Source of the DNA: the human T2T-CHM13v2.0 reference genome, Homo sapiens
Assembly: GCF_009914755.1 (NCBI RefSeq)
Contig: NC_060933.1
Length of the DNA stretch: 64,000 nt
Strand: one strand, 5' to 3'
This document shows positions 61,516 through 64,000 of the stretch, one piece after another. A model generated the notes under the pieces. The model searched no databases and had not been told where the DNA came from. It was given only the letters and a program-made list of their open reading frames with translations. Each line of letters opens with the position of its first letter. The first letter of the stretch is position 1. The translations under genes were made by a program, and so were the position numbers.

Positions 61516-62272
61516 TCCCATGTTTCAGCTGAGAAAATTGAGGCTCAGAGAGGTTGTTTTGCCCAAAGGCACAGAGCTGCTAAGTGAGCATCTGAGCGTG
61601 GACATCCATGGACATCAGAGGTCAGAGCATAAACTCTTTGATGTGAGTTCCGCCACCCATCAACTGAGTCAGCTCCACCTCAGCCTGGTGACAGTGTCCT
61701 GGGGAGGGCTGGGAAGTGACATTGGAGTGGGGTGCGGGGAGGACCGTGAGCCCGCTCTGCAGAGCACACAGGTACTGGCTGCCACCTCAGAAACTCCCTT
61801 CTTCTGGGGCCACGTCACCTTCTCTCAGCCTATCTGGATCACTAGGTGGGGCTTCTGAATGGGACGAGGGGGAGGGGACAGGAAGCCAGTGGGGAGGGGG
61901 GAGGCTGGGGGAGCTGTCTGGATGGAGCTGGCAGGACCCCAAGGCCACAGGGGAAGGAATCTGGGACAGGGTGGGGAGTTGTTGGGGAGACACAGTGCTC
62001 CATGACAAAGGGTATCACATGTGTCCTGGGAACCCAGGGGCCAAGGAAAGAGCTCAGCCCAGGCACAAACAAGGTGGGAGGAAGTTGGGAGAAATGGCCA
62101 AGTTTTTGGATTTGAGGTAGTTCCTGTTTACTGTGCATCTACTGTGTGCCAGGCCCTGTGCTGAGCTGTGCACCCTCGTGGAACTCTGCCTAGAACCTTA
62201 GAAGCAGAGTGGTTCTGATCCTTCTAAAAGCAAGGAACCTGAGAGCCTCCACACTGTGAATGTAGAGAGCGA

Positions 62273-62279
62273 ACACACA

Positions 62280-62315
<36 letters not shown>
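62273..62315 (+). repeat. (CA)n microsatellite
   Basis: Read directly. Confidence 0.95.
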
Positions 62316-62318
<3 letters not shown>

Positions 62319-64000
62319 CCTGCTGTGTCTTATCCCGGTGAGCATTCTTCCTGTTTTGTCGCCGAAAACCAGGCATATAGGAGAGAGTCCACAAGTGTGA
62401 GTGACAGGGTCACCTCCTCTGTCCTGTGCTCTGGGGCCAGCTCAGCATTCTCTTTTGCCTGCTCTGGGAGGCAGAATAGGATAGAAATCACGAAAGGAGG
62501 CTTTGGACTTAGGCCCAGCAGAGCCACTCACTGGGCAAGCGGAGTCCCCTCTCTCAGCCTCAGTTTCCTTACCTGTACCGTACGGATAAGAGTCGCCACT
62601 TCCTGAGCAGCTGTTCGGGTTCATGAGCCCGGGTCGGAGCCATGGCAGTCCCTGTGTGTGACCAGCGTGGCTGCTGAGACAGCTCAGGGCTGAGGCTCCC
62701 TTGCGGGGATTGAGAAATGCTCGTCCCGGCCGCCCTGCCTCCTCAAAGACATCCTGACGCTGGTCTCTGTTTACGCACAAGGGGCGCCGGGGGCCCAGCG
62801 CAGCCCCAGATTTGGCCTCTTTTTGGTTTCCTATGACTTAGGTTTGCTCCAGGCTAAGCCATGGCTTGCATAATAGCGGGGGAAGGAGAGGCCTGGGATT
62901 GTCGGTGTCCCCTGTGGAGGCCGTCTGATGACCTCTCCTCCTGGTCCTTAGGCCACCTCTGCTGGCTCTGTCCCCCCACTGCTCCCTCTCCTTGAAGGCT
63001 CATGGGAAGGGAGAGTGGGCGGCCAGCTCTGGCCCGGGGTCTCCTAGAGGGAATGGGGTGAGGGGCAGGGAAGGAGATGGAGGTCGCCGCATTCCCAGCC
63101 CCCCGTGGCTCCTGGACATCTGTTCCGGATCCTCCCGTCATCTCTGAGCTGAGCCTTCCTGTCTGGGATGAAAGGCAGCAGTGGGCTCTGGCAGCCCCAG
63201 CCCACCACCAAGGCCCAGGGAGGCCACGGGGCTGGGGCCTGGGAGTCAGTGGGGTGTTGGGGGAGTGGACAGTGACGGGGGTACAGACCATTCCGGGGCT
63301 CTCACCGTGTACCAAGGACTCGCCCAGGCGGCATCCCAAACCGGCATGCTTTGTTCTTTTACAGACAGCAAAACTGAGGCACTGAGGGTGAGATCAGTTG
63401 CTTGGGGTCGCACAACTCAATAAATGGTGGCCCCCGGGACCCTCCCCCTAACTGCTGTACTTGGGAATGAAGAGGGTCCAGGCTAGGCTGGTCCACATGC
63501 TTGAAGCCTCGGTCCTGGGAGGAACAGTATGGGCTGTGGCTTTCGGTGGGCTGGGGGAGTCTCCTCCCGGCTTGCACTTGGATCGCTGAGAATCTCCTGG
63601 AACCACAAAAAGACCTGAGTCCCCCAAGCAGATGAGTTCTGCCCTCCCTCCCCCGCAGGTCCCGGATGTCCCTGCATGGAGTTGACTTCTTCTTGCTTTC
63701 ATTTAGCCGTTTGCTTGGTGGTCACCCAGCCTTGGCTCACTGGCCACAGGATGCAGCTGTGAACAGGGCCATGTGCGGCCCCTGTCCTGAGGGGCTCAGG
63801 GCCCACCAGAAGGCAGCCTCTACTGAGCAGTGCTGAGAACGAGGATGTATGCTCAGAACATGCACTGGTGCGCACGAGCCTCATCTCTAGGGTCAGGAAG
63901 GGTCTCGCTGAGACCTGAAGGATGGTAGGAGCTGACCAAAGAGGGAAGGATGTTCTTCGACCTGCCGGGCCTGGATGGCCTGAGTGCAGACACCGAGAAG

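Overview
Human/primate genomic DNA. The only protein-coding sequence I can support is exon 1 of LAMC3 (laminin gamma-3; ATG 59440, GT donor 59813), inside a CpG island and followed by the start of intron 1. From recall this places the window at 9q34, in the intergenic interval next to FIBCD1. The preceding ~59 kb is non-coding and contains about 35 Alus, a full-length Tigger1 nested in an old L1 and carrying six Alus, MER2, Tigger3 and MER46-type DNA elements, MLT1, MER31, MLT2 and LTR10 LTRs, ERVL gag/pol remnants, L1/L2/MIR fragments, and four large structured simple-repeat arrays. The long ORFs in the track (poly-His, Thr/Ile, Pro/Ser, Val/Met, Cys/Leu/Ser) are artefacts of those arrays. 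I see no new gene system. The most unusual signal is five separate short locally templated copy events within ~33 kb: inverted copies at 1577/3175 and 20769/21642, a patchwork inverted insertion at 14686, a 24-nt copy dropped into an Alu 3' end at 24874, and a near-perfect hairpin at 34244-34313. Also notable is an LTR10-type solo LTR with p53-like decamers 3.5 kb upstream of LAMC3. Repeat family names come from my recall of consensus sequences, not from a database run, and their boundaries are approximate.
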